Assembly: GCA_964247055.1 (NCBI GenBank)
Contig: OZ176054.1
Coordinates: forward strand, 3,906,001 to 3,970,000
DNA from: Paragordius varius
Lineage: Eukaryota > Animalia > Nematomorpha
Reading direction: 5' to 3'
Length of the DNA stretch: 64,000 nucleotides
Shown here: positions 12,901 through 27,235 of the stretch, piece by piece
How positions within the stretch are numbered: position 1 is the first letter of the stretch
Layout of the letters: each line of letters opens with the position of its first letter
Notes under the pieces: model-generated
What the model saw: only the letters and a program-made list of their open reading frames with translations
Told to the model about the DNA's origin: nothing
Database searches by the model: none
Program-made: the position numbers and the translations under genes

Positions 12901-15900
12901 TAAAATTACCAGTGGAATGATTATAAATGTTATCATTATTATTTATATTAGCAAAATTATCTATAGTGCAAGATTGTGCCATTTTTGTATCTACATCTTC
13001 CTTTTTATTGCTACTTAAGTGAGTTGGAAAATAATTAGGGTCCAAATCAGGCGAAATATTCTGAAAAATAAATAAATAAATTAATTATAAAAACCGTTTT
13101 TTAGTTGAATTCACAGGTTAAACCAAAAAAAAGATTAAAAATTTACATTATAATCACTCAATTTATCTCTCATTTCTCGGTTATTAGCAGTTTTATTATT
13201 AAACTTTTCTAAACAGGCAACAGTATGGGATTGTTTTATGTTCCCAATCTTTTTGGACTGTTTTCCGAATTTTGTGCCCGATGGATTTACATTCTGCGTT
13301 GATGACGGTATAGTATCACGTATGACATAAGCGAAATCTCTAAAATATCATATGACATTCTTATGGGGGCAAATTAAATGCCTTTTTTATGTAACTCAAA
13401 AGGAAAAACTATAATTTGCGGATTGATCTAAAACAGAGAATTGGTTTGGATAATTTAAGAAGTATTTTAAATCATTTTTGTAAAAAATAATTTTTATCAT
13501 GTAATTATCTAAAACATTGATTGGGTAGATAATATGGCGATCTTATTGATGGTAAAAGCCATAGTGGCGCTTTGTAAACACTATCAAGCTTATTAATTAA
13601 ACACAAAACCAGGCATAAACATGGATTTCTTAAAAGTAGATTATATGATATATAAAATGTTTCATTTGCGTTTACATCGTTAAAGATCTTTAAAATTTAA
13701 ATAATTAAATACATGAAGCTCTAATCTACAATAAAAAGAGTAAATGGTATCCAAAATAACTTTTGATAAAATGTATGTAAAAAAATCCTAACAGAAACTG
13801 AAAACTAAAATTTTTTAACAGATCTAAAAAGAGTAATAAATCACGCATTTTTAATATATGGTTAAAAAAATGGTAAAAAGGGTATAAATGATATTTAAAA
13901 AATAGATATTTAATTTATTTAATAAATATCAAATTTTTGTTTATATTGGTGTATCAAGATTAAGAAAAAAATTAAAAAATACAAATTAGTGAAAATGATG
14001 TATTAAAGGTATTAATAACTAAAACCAGTAACATTACTGAAAAAAACTAGTAGTAATTACCTAACTTGATGGGGATTATACAATTGTTTTATTGTAATTG
14101 AAATAAATAAAATAAATTGTTTCATATCAAAATTATATAATACAAAAATCATTTTATTATCAAATTTATGTTTATGTTTTCAAACAAAAAATTAATTAAA
14201 TATTTTCAGTTGTAATCGGTTGATTTTAATTACAAAATAAATTTATTTTTGTTATCTATTAAACCGAGAAATAAAAAAATATGCTATGAATTATAGAACC
14301 AGTTAAATGAACGGACAAAACCTTTTTAATCAAAAAATTAAAATTTTTTTAAATATTTTTCATAAACTAATTCCAAAATGGATCTCTTTCAAGCCCCAAC
14401 AACAAAATACTTTTATCTTAAAATATTCTTAATGACCATTAAAAAAACAATTATAATCTTTTTTTATATATTTTTTTAAAAAAATAGAATAAAGAATATA
14501 TAAACTTTACTTCTCTCTGAAACGGCAGCATAAATAAATAAATATATATATAAATCTATAATATATTAAGAATCAATGAGCCAATTTGATAAAACCGGTA
14601 AGTAATTTAGGATAATCTTTTACAGCCTATTTAACGACTAATATGAGGATCAAACAAATAAAATTAAAATAATTTTTTTAATTTTTACTTTCCATTTTCT
14701 TTTCCGACACCCCAAACCTTTATGGCATGAATAGGTTGAGTAGTTATAACGGTCCCATAACTGTTTCTAAAACATAAGCAGTGTCCATCAATTTCCAGGG
14801 TTAAAATTTGGCCCTAACAAATATGCAAAAATAACATAGAAAATGAAATTACACAGGGGTAAATTTGATTAATAAAGAGAAAAATATAGGAAATAATTTG
14901 GAAAATTAACATTAACAATTTTATATTTAATGTTTGACTTGAATTGAATTAGTTTACAAATGTCTACATTATTTTATAACAATTCGCTTTATACAGTATA
15001 AAGTCCCTTATTTCCGTTTTTATTAAAGGGTAAGGACATAAATTGATCAGGACTTGTGAAGGTATACACATAAATCCGCCCCATGATTGTCATAAATTTT
15101 TTCATATCGTTAACAACAATCATTTATTTCCGTAAATTTAATGAAAATTAATCTCTATTTTCACATTATATTGTTAAATAAATTTATATAATATCTGCAT
15201 TTATACCTTTAAAAACGGCTCAAAATCAGAAATAAAATTATCAAACGCATTAACATAATACCTCTCCCCAAGCTCCTAGTGCACATTCATGTTGACCGCT
15301 TCGCCCAAAGTGTGATAAATCCAGGATACATTTATTAATGGCTTTACTTGAGCGTTCAGGGGTTAAATCATGCTCCGCTATTTGTGTCCAACCCAGCGAC
15401 CGCACATAAAACGTTATAACGGTTGTATTAACTAGGTTACTATTATTTCTCTTGCTGTTTTCCGTAGTCAATGCAGAGGCGATATTATTTGTGGCAGGGA
15501 ATGGTGGTATAGAGTCAAAAATCTAGAAAAATAGGTTGTCAAGGATTAAGGGTTTGTTAAAAAAAGACAAGTAAGTTTCCAAAATTAGCACATTATATTG
15601 GGAATACATATAAATCGATTTACAACGTTAATTATTATTTTTATCGCTTAAACTGTAAAAACTGTTATATAATTTGCAAAACGCATTTCACATCAGGTCA
15701 TAAAAAATAGGAGCCAAAAAATATAATATATTAAGATGTAACTAAGTTTTTAATAGTTGCATTAATAAAAATATACCCCATTATAAGGATTAATAACTTC
15801 TTTCTTAATATTCCCAAATGCATCATTAATGCTATTACGGTTTTTATTGGGTGGAATGATCTTTGAAGAAAAAGGATTCTTTCTAGTTTGGTCAATATGA

Positions 15901-17640
15901 TTGCTAAAACATAAAATATTTTAAATAACATATATTTTAAACATGTTCCCCCCAATAAAACATAAACCTTAACCACATTATAATAATTATAAAAAAATAG
16001 GGGAGAACAAACTTCCTCCTTACACTTTGAGAAAAAATGTAAATTTTCCAAACTTACATCGATTAACAGTAAGCTTATGAATATTCAAGGAATTATAACA
16101 AAAATAGCTAAAATATTTCTGCCAAACAAATATTTAACCCGTAAAATAATTTAATTTTTTATATATAACATAAAAAATTTTATATTCTAGGTTGTAACAA
16201 TAGGAAAAAAGACTGCTATATTAATTCTATAAGATTTTTCCTTTCTCTCACATAATATATAAGCATAATTCCACATATTATGCCTATAAAATGACACGAT
16301 TCTCTGGTCAGGAAATTAAAAATCGATATAAAATCTCCGTCCACCAATTATTAAAGAATGCGAAATATTTATAAAACACGTATAAGAGATAGATGAGTCA
16401 TATATCATACTTACCAGTTATAGAGATTTCGATGTGAGATTAAAAAATGTGTATTATCCAATTATACACATAGAAACAGAATACTAATTTTGGGGAAAAT
16501 ATAGATACACAAGTTAAAAATGACAACATTTTAATTTATTTTTAGCTAGAACATAAAATTGGTTTAAATAATGCTGTTACATATTTTCAAATAGAGGTCT
16601 CTGGTTACTTTAACAAAACATAATGCAAAATTAAACAATGTGTCATTAGTCGTATTATTCAAATTTTTTACAAAGCATTCAGAGAACTTAAATAAATATA
16701 ACATTTGTTTCAAAATTAAATTTTTAAATTTAAAAGTTAAGCAGAACTCATCACTTAAAAAGTAATAATTCTTTTTTAATTTAATGTTATAATTTCATGT
16801 TTTTTTTATTACAGGTTACATATATCAGTTCCACGAAAAACATATTGAATTTCACACAATATGGTATAATACAATCAAAAAATCTTTATTAACGTAAAAT
16901 AACAGTAAATAATTATTTAACAAACCTAAAAGACCGGGAATATTTGAGTCGACAACCAGACTGTGGTTTAGGCGCTGTTTTAGGCATTTCGTTTTTATCA
17001 TCAGACATCGAGTTGGGCTCATTCTGATAATATAGTTATATTATTCAAATTAAAAATTAGGATGGCACAAATGCATAGTATTTTATTATTAAATTATATT
17101 TTACTAAATTTTAACAAAATTAAAACAACAGCAGTAATAACTAAATCAAAAGCATTGAAATATGATTTAAAAGTTAAATAAATAAAAATTTTAGTTTTAA
17201 TTATTTTTAAATATCTGAAATTTATATTACTTTTTCTAGACTTAAATCTACGCAAAGGTCCGATATGGCATCTATATTTACTGATGACACTCCTCCTTTG
17301 CTAAAACATTTTGATTTCGGAATTTCCCTTTGTACTGTGCCACTGCTTAAATGCCAATAATATGGAAGATTATTATCATCTAAATTAAGAAAATAGTTTA
17401 CCGTAATGTATCTCCCACCCACATGGCAAACTTGATTTGTCTAAAGTTAAAATGAATGCATTTTTAAAAATATTAATTAGTGTTAAAATTCGAAACTTAC
17501 CAGCATCATTCCTAAGATTAATAGCTGATGAATTTAATATACAATCTGAAACTATTCCACTGTCGGTGCTTGCAGGCGACTCAAATGCATAAAAATTACT
17601 GCAATAAATTAAATAAAAACTTTAATATCGGATTTTCCAT
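8197..17640 (-). CDS. APBB: FE65/APBB-family amyloid precursor protein-binding adaptor (WW + PTB1 + PTB2), multi-exon; ends approximate
   Basis: WW exons KSSLPCGWEIHY/DDNNLPYYWHLSSGTVQREIP (17440-17320). PTB1: FYVRSLGWTQIAEHDLTPERSSKAINKCI (15250-15471 ORF), QPIHAIKVWGVG (~14710), DFAYVIRD (~13330), CYVFRCE (12563-13045 ORF). PTB2: LYLGEIKVSKPSG/MNILNEAID (~12000/11790), FRVRYLSFLGV (9379-9741 ORF), CQVLFCEPSAALLCKTLEAACRLR/YQKCL (~8960/8840). Start MENPILN joins through a 22-nt intron (17599-17620). The last exon SLISNGLKRIWSRNTFV* is tentative. Confidence 0.88.
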
Positions 17641-18243
17641 AGAAATTTAAATTTTCAGACAATAAGATCATATGTATATATGTTATGAAAAAAATAATAT
17701 GATCATTTAATATTTCAACCCGAATTGGGGGTACATGATATCACAAAATATATCTAAGTTGATATTATTTACTTAAGAAAGAAACAATCCCAATTTAAAT
17801 TAAGCTACTATCATTTCGATTCAAATTAGGATATCTAAATACTCAGAACATATTTAATTTGATATTTTTATAGAACTACTGAATACGCAATCAAAATATC
17901 TGCTTCTATCCCAATAAAAATCATATAAATAGGCCAAAATATTTAAAAATAATTTGGTTTTAAATAGTTTCTCCTACTTTGAAACCATTTTAACAAAATT
18001 TTTGCAAATTATCCTGTTTCTTTAATTTTACACTAAAATTAAGATTAATTTTTTATTAAATCATATCTAATCTTAGAAACTGAAAATCTTATGCACACAT
18101 GTCATGTTGACTAAAATCTTTGGGGTTTACCATAAAATAAGTATTAAAGTATTGTTGAATCATTTTGTGGTATTTTCAATTTATTACATATTTTTTGAAA
18201 TATTTACTTATATACTTAGATACAACTTATTCATTTCACTCTT

Positions 18244-18753
18244 TTCAAATTGGGGTCGTTGCATACCCCGGGCTTGTTTAAAATTATATTTCTCAAAAAT
18301 GGAAAAGAAAACCATGGCAATGGTTTGCACTTTTAATAAAATGGAATCGAAATATATAAAAATTATCCAAAAATAATAAAAAATATTTATTCAGAGAAAA
18401 ATTCAAAGGTTAAAATTTAACCATGATTTATGTGTATTTTTAAATATAAAACTAATGCAAAATATACCACTTTATGTTTCCATCAATATAAAATGCGATT
18501 TTAACAAAAAAAACTTAATTTCAGCTTTAGAATCAAATAAACACGATATTTTGCAAATATATTGTAAAATAAATGGCGTCAAAGTAGTCGATACGGAACA
18601 TCTTTTTCAAAACTAGATTTTATTTGGGTATTTGGGCTTATTTTTATAATTTTTATAATAGAAGCATAAATTTATATTGAAATCGTTTTTTTCAGGAGTT
18701 TTCAAAAATGTTGACTCAAATATTGTCTGGGGTATTTAGCTATCCCAATTTGA
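18244..18753. mobile_element. ~510-bp TIR MITE (family B), copy 2; lone terminus at ~17817-17850
   Basis: TCAAATTGGGGTCGTTGCATACCCCGG at the left end; (rc) TCAAATTGGGATAGCTAAATACCCCAG at the right end. Internal AAAACCATGGCAATG.TTTGCACTT and AAATGGCGTC.AAGTAGT are shared with copy 1. Confidence 0.6.
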
Positions 18754-20267
18754 TTAGAAGGACTGAAATAAACGTGTGTATCCAGTGTTAATATATGTTG
18801 GCTTTGGGGATATCTGCCGCAGAGATATTTTTAATGTTTGTGCTAATTGCGTATCGAAAAATCGCAAAATTTGCGCACTAGGCTAAATAATATTTTTTTG
18901 GTAAAAGTAGCTTCATTCCCATAAATATGATGAAAATACTAAAAATCTATATTTTAAGCATAATTATTTTTGTTAATTTCAATTTTCGGATATGGGCCCT
19001 GAAAATTTTAAATTATTGACCTTATCTAAAATGCTTCTCTTAAAATAAACACATAAAATACCGCAATTTTGTGATAATTTTTGATATTTGCTAGATTAAT
19101 GATTTTCAAAAAAGGGGCAAAGCTAAAAAGGGCGTGGAAAAATCTAAGGGGGGCGAAAAATTTGGAAAACTTAATTTTAAAAAAACTAGAAATTTGAGGG
19201 AAAGTGCAAAAAAAACGCAGATATAAGGATCTCATTGATAGGGTATATTATTATAATATACTTTAAATTTTAACCTTGCGTTTTTTTGAGAGGGCGGCAT
19301 AAGAATTTTTATTTCAATATGGTTGAGCGGAAAAAAACAGTTCAAGAACCACTGTTATAAATTGACGCCCAAAATTTTTTTTAAAGATCTATACATTTGA
19401 AAAAATTTAGTTTTATTAATATTTTATTGAAGCGTACTTAAGGCATATTGGAAACGGTATAAAAATGCGTTAGAACAGTGATTAAACTCTAGCCCAGGTG
19501 GTTTTTATGGCCCATATGTATAATATTTTGACGTATTTATTTCGAATATAAATATCTAAAAATGTGTCTAATAACTTATTTTTTAGGTTATATATGATAG
19601 AACGCTCTGGAGACAAGATTTGCGTTTTGTAATTTTTTTTGAGTACCAGTGCTTTAAAATATTGTAAAAATACCTTTTTAATATATTACGATGATGCTGA
19701 ATATTTTTATTATAGTATAAATTTTTAAAAATGGGTAAAAAACGATTAATATTTAGATGAACACTAATTTATGATACATAATATTCCGCGAATAGAATGC
19801 GAATAATTGAATATATTTCGATATAATATATCATATTCATAGCAAACAAAGGTTTCACACTGATCGAATCCATTCAATTTTGTAACACTTGCTATAAACA
19901 ACTTCTATTAAAACTAATATAAAAAGCTTACAGAACGACCATAAAAAATTACTCCATCATTCTTGAAACATTAACCTTAAAAAAGTTGCATAAATTTATA
20001 GGCTTACATGTAGATTGTCTCTAAGTCCTCAAACATTTTATAAATTCATATATATTTCATACAAAAGAAATCAGGATTTAATACTAAACAAGTTTATGTA
20101 GTTTGATGATGATAGTGACGCTATTTTGAACACATTTCTGTATACAAGTTAGAATTGTTTCAAAGCATTTATCCCCACCACATATAACTCACATATTACA
20201 AAGCTATTCACGCATATATGCGACTGTTACTCAATACCTGGTTAGCTTTGACTGACCATGGTTCGTA

Positions 20268-23200
20268 ATGACAAAACGCGAAAACGAAGACATTTTTATA
20301 TATCACAACAAGGTTTGCTTACAATTATATGAAGCTTCAATGTCTTGATAATTTTAACGAATATAAAGTTATTCACTTACGAAATATCTGCCCTGATATA
20401 TCGGATAAAGAATTAGTGCAACTTGCTTTACCATTTGGTAAAGTCAAACGAATTATAAATCTTAAGGCTAAAAATCAAGTATATTTTCAAAAATACCAGG
20501 CTTTTATTGAGTTTTTAGATCATGGCCCAGTGTTATCTATGCAAAACTTTTTTAAACACCCATGTCCACAAAAAGCCTTACGAAACTACCAAATTATTGC
20601 TCAAATATCAAATCATAAAATACTTGACACAACCCATGTTTCCACTACAACTGTATAATATATTCTATAATTTTAGCAATCATCCTCAGAAAGTATAATT
20701 CATACATTGAATTCCCTATACGATGCAAATTCTACCCAGGAACATCCCTCGTGTATTCTGAGGGTTGTCTTTAGTGGAAATGTAGAATTATTAAATTTGT
20801 CAATTATTCATCAAGTTTTATAATCGACTAATGTTTCAGATTTTTACTAAGTTTGGGAAGGTTTTAAAACTTATACTATTCAATAAAACAAGTTGCATTA
20901 TATTTCTAATTTAAGATTCATTTCAAAGTTTTGTTCAGTATGAACATTCAGGTATGGCTCAAATAGCGCGATTGGTTATCATTTGTATTTATTTATAGAA
21001 TTTAACTGGAGCTGCCTTATCGGGATGTGTAATTAGCAAAATTGATTTTTCTCGTTTACAAGATCTCGAAATTAAGTATAACAATAACAAAATGCATGAT
21101 TATACGAAAGATACCCAAATTGATGATAATATATCTCCCGTTTTTATACCGTTAACAAGTACATTATTTATACCTCAAATTCCACCCTTGAACATTTCAA
21201 ATTTACCCTAAAATAATTATTTTTTCCTGAGGAATTCATGATTTATAGATTATGCAAAACAAATATTTTATAACAATTATGGTTTTTTTAGCTCAGTAGG
21301 TTATACATGAGGTGAATTTGAATTGTTTAAAAGTGAATTCGTGAATAAATTGTATATATTAATTTAATGTTTTATATAAAAAAGATACGATGCAACAAAC
21401 ACAATCCCAACAACCATCCTATTTTATTCTGAATGTGCCATCAAACATTTTAAAAGCTCCCCATATAAGTTAATCTCTTTACAAAATGTATTTTTTAGTT
21501 GTGCAGAATGACATGTTACTCAAAACTATTGATAATGTTACGATTAATAATATGAATGGCGGTGAAAAAAGTTGTGTGATTTTGGTCAATAATTTAAATC
21601 AAAAGGTAAAATATTTTTGGGGTAAACTCTATAAATTAAAGCAACGTTGAAAAATATGGGTGTGGGGCCTAAAATTTTCTGTTATTATAGATTAAATTTT
21701 CCTTATCTAGATGGAAACAATGCTGGAATTTATCTTATATAATGAAAAGTTTTATTTTTTAATATCCAACAAACTGTTCAAACCTTTTCTAAATAGCATT
21801 AATAATTTTATATTGCCATCTAAAATTAAATGCGTTTCCGTAATGGGCTTAATTTTAAAATAATCTATGATAATAGATGAACTTCCTTCCTGCAAATGAT
21901 TTTATACAAACAATTTAGCATAATATAATATACCTGATAGGGTAAAAAATTACTTTAAAGTTTTTTTGATTCCATGATTTAATACGAATATAAAAAATGT
22001 GGTTATTCAAATTAAATATTGTTTAAATGACACTAGGTGTCTACAAATTAATACCTTTGAATGAATTTTTTTTATAAGATTCATTCAAGATTAAATTGAG
22101 TTGACCCGTTATTTAATATATTCATGACCATGACTGTGATCAGTTTCACATGTATTTTTATAAATATATAGATTAGTAACATTTTTATAAATGTAATTTA
22201 ATTGATTGATTTTGGTTTTATTTACTTACAACATGTATTATCAATTCTACTCTTAATTTGGTTTTAATTATGAATTACTGTATTCATTATCAGTCACCCT
22301 TTTTATTATTTTTATCGTCCAAAACCTAACCATAGTTTATATTAGATACACCATATTGGTCTTTAAAATAAACATTATTTTGAAACTTTATACAGTCTTT
22401 GTTGAACCTAATTAGTGGTGATTAGGATATCACTATTTCCTACGTATTCTATAGTATCGTTATTTTTCTTTTATTTTACGATTTGGTGCAAAATGTTCTT
22501 TTTTGTTTTAAAATATATTCACATGTTTATTATCTTATCACGCGTTTTTAATTCGTCTCATATCCGATCCTCATATTTAAATAAATCCTAATATCACAAC
22601 TTTTAAATGGGTGATTAGTTAACGATTTGCGAAATGAAGCACCCTGTTCCTAGACTGTCTATTTGTCTTTAATTAAATTTAGCGAGACTTGGTTAAGATC
22701 GCGATTTAAATGTATAAATTTACAGTCATGCATTTTAACTACCATACTTTTGAGTAATTTTTTTGTACCTATCCAAAAATTCAGATGTCATTTTAATATA
22801 TAATTATATTTAGAGTTAATATATTTTTCTGATTATCATTAAAACACACAGATAGTTATAGCTGTGGTATGGATTTTATCAACTAAAATATTCTAGGTTT
22901 TTTTACTGTTTATTTGAAAATAACAGTTACCCGAACAGATGTTTTTGGTTAATGGGCGCAACCTCTTTAAATTCATTTGGTTGGTTTATATGCTTTCTTA
23001 TCAATATTCAAAAATTATTTACGTTAATATATTCCTTGCCATGAATCCATTTTGTTGATATTATGTTGTTATGGATCATTTCCTAATTTACTTTTATATT
23101 TTATTTTTTTATATTTTTTTAGAGAATAACAGCCGATGCCCTCTTCCTTTTGTTTGGTATGTGTCTTAACTTTTATAAAAAAACAATAATCATTATTATT

Positions 23201-24362
23201 TTAGGAGTATATGGAGATGTACTTAAAGTCAAGATTATGTATAATAAACGTGACTCTGCCCTTGTCCAAATGAGTAATCCAACCCAAGCTAATTTAGGTA
23301 TAGACAATTTATATATTCCATTTTCAATGTAGCCATTATGCATTTGGATAATGCCAAAATTTATGGACAAAATATTCACTGCGCGTTCTCCAAGCACACA
23401 ACCATTTTGATGCCTAAAACTGAACAAAACGTAATGTACATTACTTATTTTGAACAAATATTTTTAATATTTTTTGATTTTAAAAAGGCTCTATAAAGAG
23501 TATTTCCTTTATTAACTTGCATTAGCTGCTTTTATTTAAAGGAGGTTATAGACGTGTTTAATACTAGTTTGCATTAAAACGTCACACAAATTTGGTATTT
23601 TTTATTGAGTTTATTTAAACCAATAATTTATGTATTTAATATTAAAGGATATTAAATTTTAGGATCTGACGAAAGATTATACTTTGTCCCCTTTACACCG
23701 GTTTAAAAAACCTGGATCTAAAAATTATCAAAATATATTTCCACCATCTCCTGTGTTACATTTATCAAATATTCCCGTCGATTTGGAAGACACATATTTA
23801 CCACAATTATTCATTAAAGCGGGTTTCGATGTCAAAGGATTCAAATTTTTTATGTATGTTTTTTATTATATTTTAATCTAACTCATTATTTTAAAGATAT
23901 AAGACTTTGCGTAGAATTGCTTGTACCAAATTATATAAATGGTATAACTTGAAAATCATTTTTGTTATTCCCTATTTACATAATTTGATTGGATACATTC
24001 CCACTACTTACATATTCCTAATGATTTGTGTAATTTTAATACCATAAATATGTGTGTTATTATGGCTTTACAAAAAATTATAACATTTATTTACATTAGC
24101 AATTACATTGAAGAAAAACGAATCTTATAATAATATACCTGTATATTTATTGGAGATATTAAGGACTGGATTTCCCATTTTTTTAATTTATTTTTTTCGT
24201 TTAGTAATGAAAAACGGATGGCTTTGATCGAATTGAAGGAAACAGAACAAGCGATAGCCGCTCTTATAGTAACAAATTTTATTTAATGTTTAGGAATTAC
24301 ATAATCACCCTTTAAACAATACTCATAACTTACGAATATCATTTTCAAAATCGCAACTTTAA
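20268..24362 (+). CDS. PTBP: Polypyrimidine tract-binding protein (hnRNP I), four RRMs
   Basis: First exon [10 protein letters not shown] (cf. PTB N-terminal TKRGSDELF) joins through a 22-nt intron (20313-20334). RRM1 [26 protein letters not shown]; RRM2 [30 protein letters not shown]; RRM3 [25 protein letters not shown]; linker [21 protein letters not shown]; RRM4 ending [12 protein letters not shown] (TAA 24360-24362). Confidence 0.95.
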
Positions 24363-25299
24363 TATTTGGATTATTTCATATACTTTTAAATACTCAGGAA
24401 TATTTTTTTTTGAAACATCTCAGGAAAATACACTACATTTAATGCATTGTTTTTAGCGTATTTTTATTGTATTATGTATATATATATACGCAATTAAAAT
24501 ATTAAAATTTAAATTTTCACAAATATTATCATCGATTGATTAGATGTATAATGAATTTTATTGTAAATATATAGATACATAATGTGTATAATCGAAAATG
24601 CAACTACTATTATGCAATATAAAGATTTTAAAATCGAATGTATTAATATAAAATAAATTTGTATTATTGTTTACATGTATATTTAACCATTTGTTATTAT
24701 TAATTTTCATAATGATATAGGATATTTAGAATGGAATTAAAAACATTTTAATATTTTATATTGTATAAATATATAATTTAGAATAAATATTAAAATATAT
24801 GAGGCAAATGAGATACCTTATTAAAGCAATGAAATAATTTCACACTTGAGAAATCGATTACTGGGTGAATTTAAATTAAAATTGGATATTCAAGCAACTC
24901 CCAATGGTTTAATTAGTCTAAAGATATTTTGTAATTAAATAAATTTTCGGATTAGATTATATAAACTATTGTAAAATTCTTATGAAAATTTAAATGAATG
25001 AATTGAAATATAAAGATATGTTAAACCATTCTTCGATTTACGAACATTTCATTTTATTTGTTTCTCTTATACGGAATTCGACTCCTTAGTTGACCATTTA
25101 CAATTCAAATTCACCCTCAAATAAATTATATGTTTTTTAAGATTAAAATTTACCTATATTTTTATATGTTTTGAAAATAAAATTAGGTTTTTGATTAAAA
25201 TAATATTGAAAAAATAATAAATTATGCCATAAAGAAGAGTCGCTTTAACAGCTGAAACCCACCATCTTTCTTTAAAACTTATTTACTTTCCTCCAGACT

Positions 25300-27235
25300 T
25301 TCTGGTTGCCGGATAGTAAGGGCATACACATCGTAAAAAACGGTTGCTCCATACTTTTCTTTCTCGCTATTTGCTTGTTCTTTTTCTTTCAATACATTAT
25401 AACAAAACATAAGGATGCATTCAAATCCCACAACACCATACTAATCATATCATTCGTTTGGCTACTTGGAATATAATGTCTTTAACCAGAAGGAGCCAGA
25501 AAATAGCAGCTATGCTCTTCTCCAAGAACATTGAAATATGTTACGTCCAAGAAACTCGCTGGAAGAAATCTGGTTCCAAAAGCATTCTGGATTATAAATT
25601 ATTCTGGTCTGGATCTAATGGCCGTTTATCAGGTGTCGGAGTTTATGTCAAAAATTTCATCGTACCCAATATCATATCGATTGATAAATCTGAAAGATTA
25701 TTAGTATTCAAAATTCAACTCAACAAAAAAATCTATCATATTTTATTTGTGTAAGCTCCACAAATCGGTTGTGATTCCTACTATAAGGATTTACTCTGGT
25801 TGGCTTTATATGAAAAAGTCACTGCTATTCCACACAATAGAATCATATTTATCGGGGGTGACTTAAACTCACACTTCGGTAAAGGATCTTTACATTCAGT
25901 ACATGGAGGTTTTGGAATGGATGACTTAAATGAAAATGATATAATAATATTAGATTTCGCAAGTAATAATAATTTATCCATCATTAATACCTTTTTTAAA
26001 AAAAATGATAATAACTTGCTAACCTATATATCCGGCATAAATCGCTCAATGATTGATATAATAATATCAAGAAAAGAGGATAAATCCAATAAAAATATTA
26101 GATCTATCCCCGCTTAAGAACTACAGCACAAACTCATATTGCTGAATTATATAAATCTACATCAACACAATCAGCCTACAAAATAATCCTAAATTTAGAT
26201 ATAAAAAATTAGTCGATAATAATAAAGCCCCCTTTTATTTATCCTAATTATGGAAAAGATCACAAAAAACATCCGAAGGCTTACCTTTTTGAACTTTTGT
26301 ACGCTGATGACTTAATATTATGCGCCACATCAGCAACGGGATTAATGGAAAAATTAAATTTATGGAAGGATACCCTAAGTAAATTCGGTTTAAAAGTGAA
26401 TACATCTAAAACCAAACTTATGTGCCATGAAAACAAGACAATAAAATGGCCCTGCTCCGTGTGCTTATTGAATGTAACGTCAAATATAAAGTGTAACAAA
26501 TGTTTAAAGTAGGTACATAAAAAATGCTCCACTTTAAAAAGTTTATATGATAATAAAAACTTTATCTGCTCCCCGTGCAATACAACAAACACAATAACCA
26601 TAAGATCTCCTCGCCCCGAGTCCTCCACTTTATTCGAATTTGTCGACAAATTTACATACCTTGGTGATACTTTAGATGCTGGTGGAGGTATAGAATTGGC
26701 CTTATCGCATAGAGTCAAAGCCGGCTGGAAAAAGTATCATAGTTTGCGCACACTAGTTAATAATAAATACAAAGGCACAAATTTTTATGACGGCTATACG
26801 TCCTGCTAAACTATATGGTACGGAAACATGGCCTATGACTAAATCAAATCTACTATCACTGCAAAAGGGTGAGCAAAAAATCCTAAAGGCCATTCTTTTC
26901 GCACATAACCCTAACATCTAAAATTTCCAAGCCAAATTTTGCCCCTGTCAAACTGTAAAAATTAAACTAATTAATACAGCTATCCGTGAATACCGTTTGC
27001 GTTGGGCTGGTCACATCCACACATCTCAAGACATAAACTGAATAAAGCTTATACAGTCTTATTCAACTAATAATAAAAACAAAAAAGGTAGACCTTATAT
27101 AACCTGGCAATCCACCATTCAAGAAGACCTTGATTTTCTCAATATCAAAATCGAACAAGCTGTAGACAGAAAGGAATAGAAACAATAACACGATACCTCC
27201 TTTGAAAGGAAAAAATAGCGTATAAAGGTGATATA
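25300..27235 (+). mobile_element. Decayed, internally deleted RTE-clade LINE (AP endonuclease + partial RT + PHD-like finger)
   Basis: Endonuclease motifs ATWNIMSL, VQETRW, GVGVYV, IGGDLNSH, LSIINTFF. RT C-terminal half YADDLIL, GLKVNTSKTKLM, FTYLGDTL, RVKAGWKKY, LYGTETW, RLRWAGHI, GRPYITW. WPCSVC..KCNKCLK.VHKKCS..ICSPC finger at 26450-26580. Stops and frameshifts present; the RT N-terminal half is missing at ~26200-26290. Confidence 0.88.

Noticed and set aside
18783-19354. hAT MITE with CAGTG...CACTG ends
   Set aside because: The ends match only over ~5-6 bp and the flanks show no 8-bp TSD; probably fragments of different elements.
20238-20293. Minus-strand mini-exon [18 protein letters not shown] with a phase-compatible donor, which would make APBB overlap PTB exon 1 antisense
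   Set aside because: A simpler APBB start (MENPILN at 17640, through a 22-nt intron) fits the intron size class. The segment is largely the antisense of PTB exon 1 and its leader.
20329-20331. ORF-track ATG as the PTB start
   Set aside because: It lies inside a 22-nt GT-AG intron. ATG 20268 restores the conserved TKRxxxDxF N-terminal motif.
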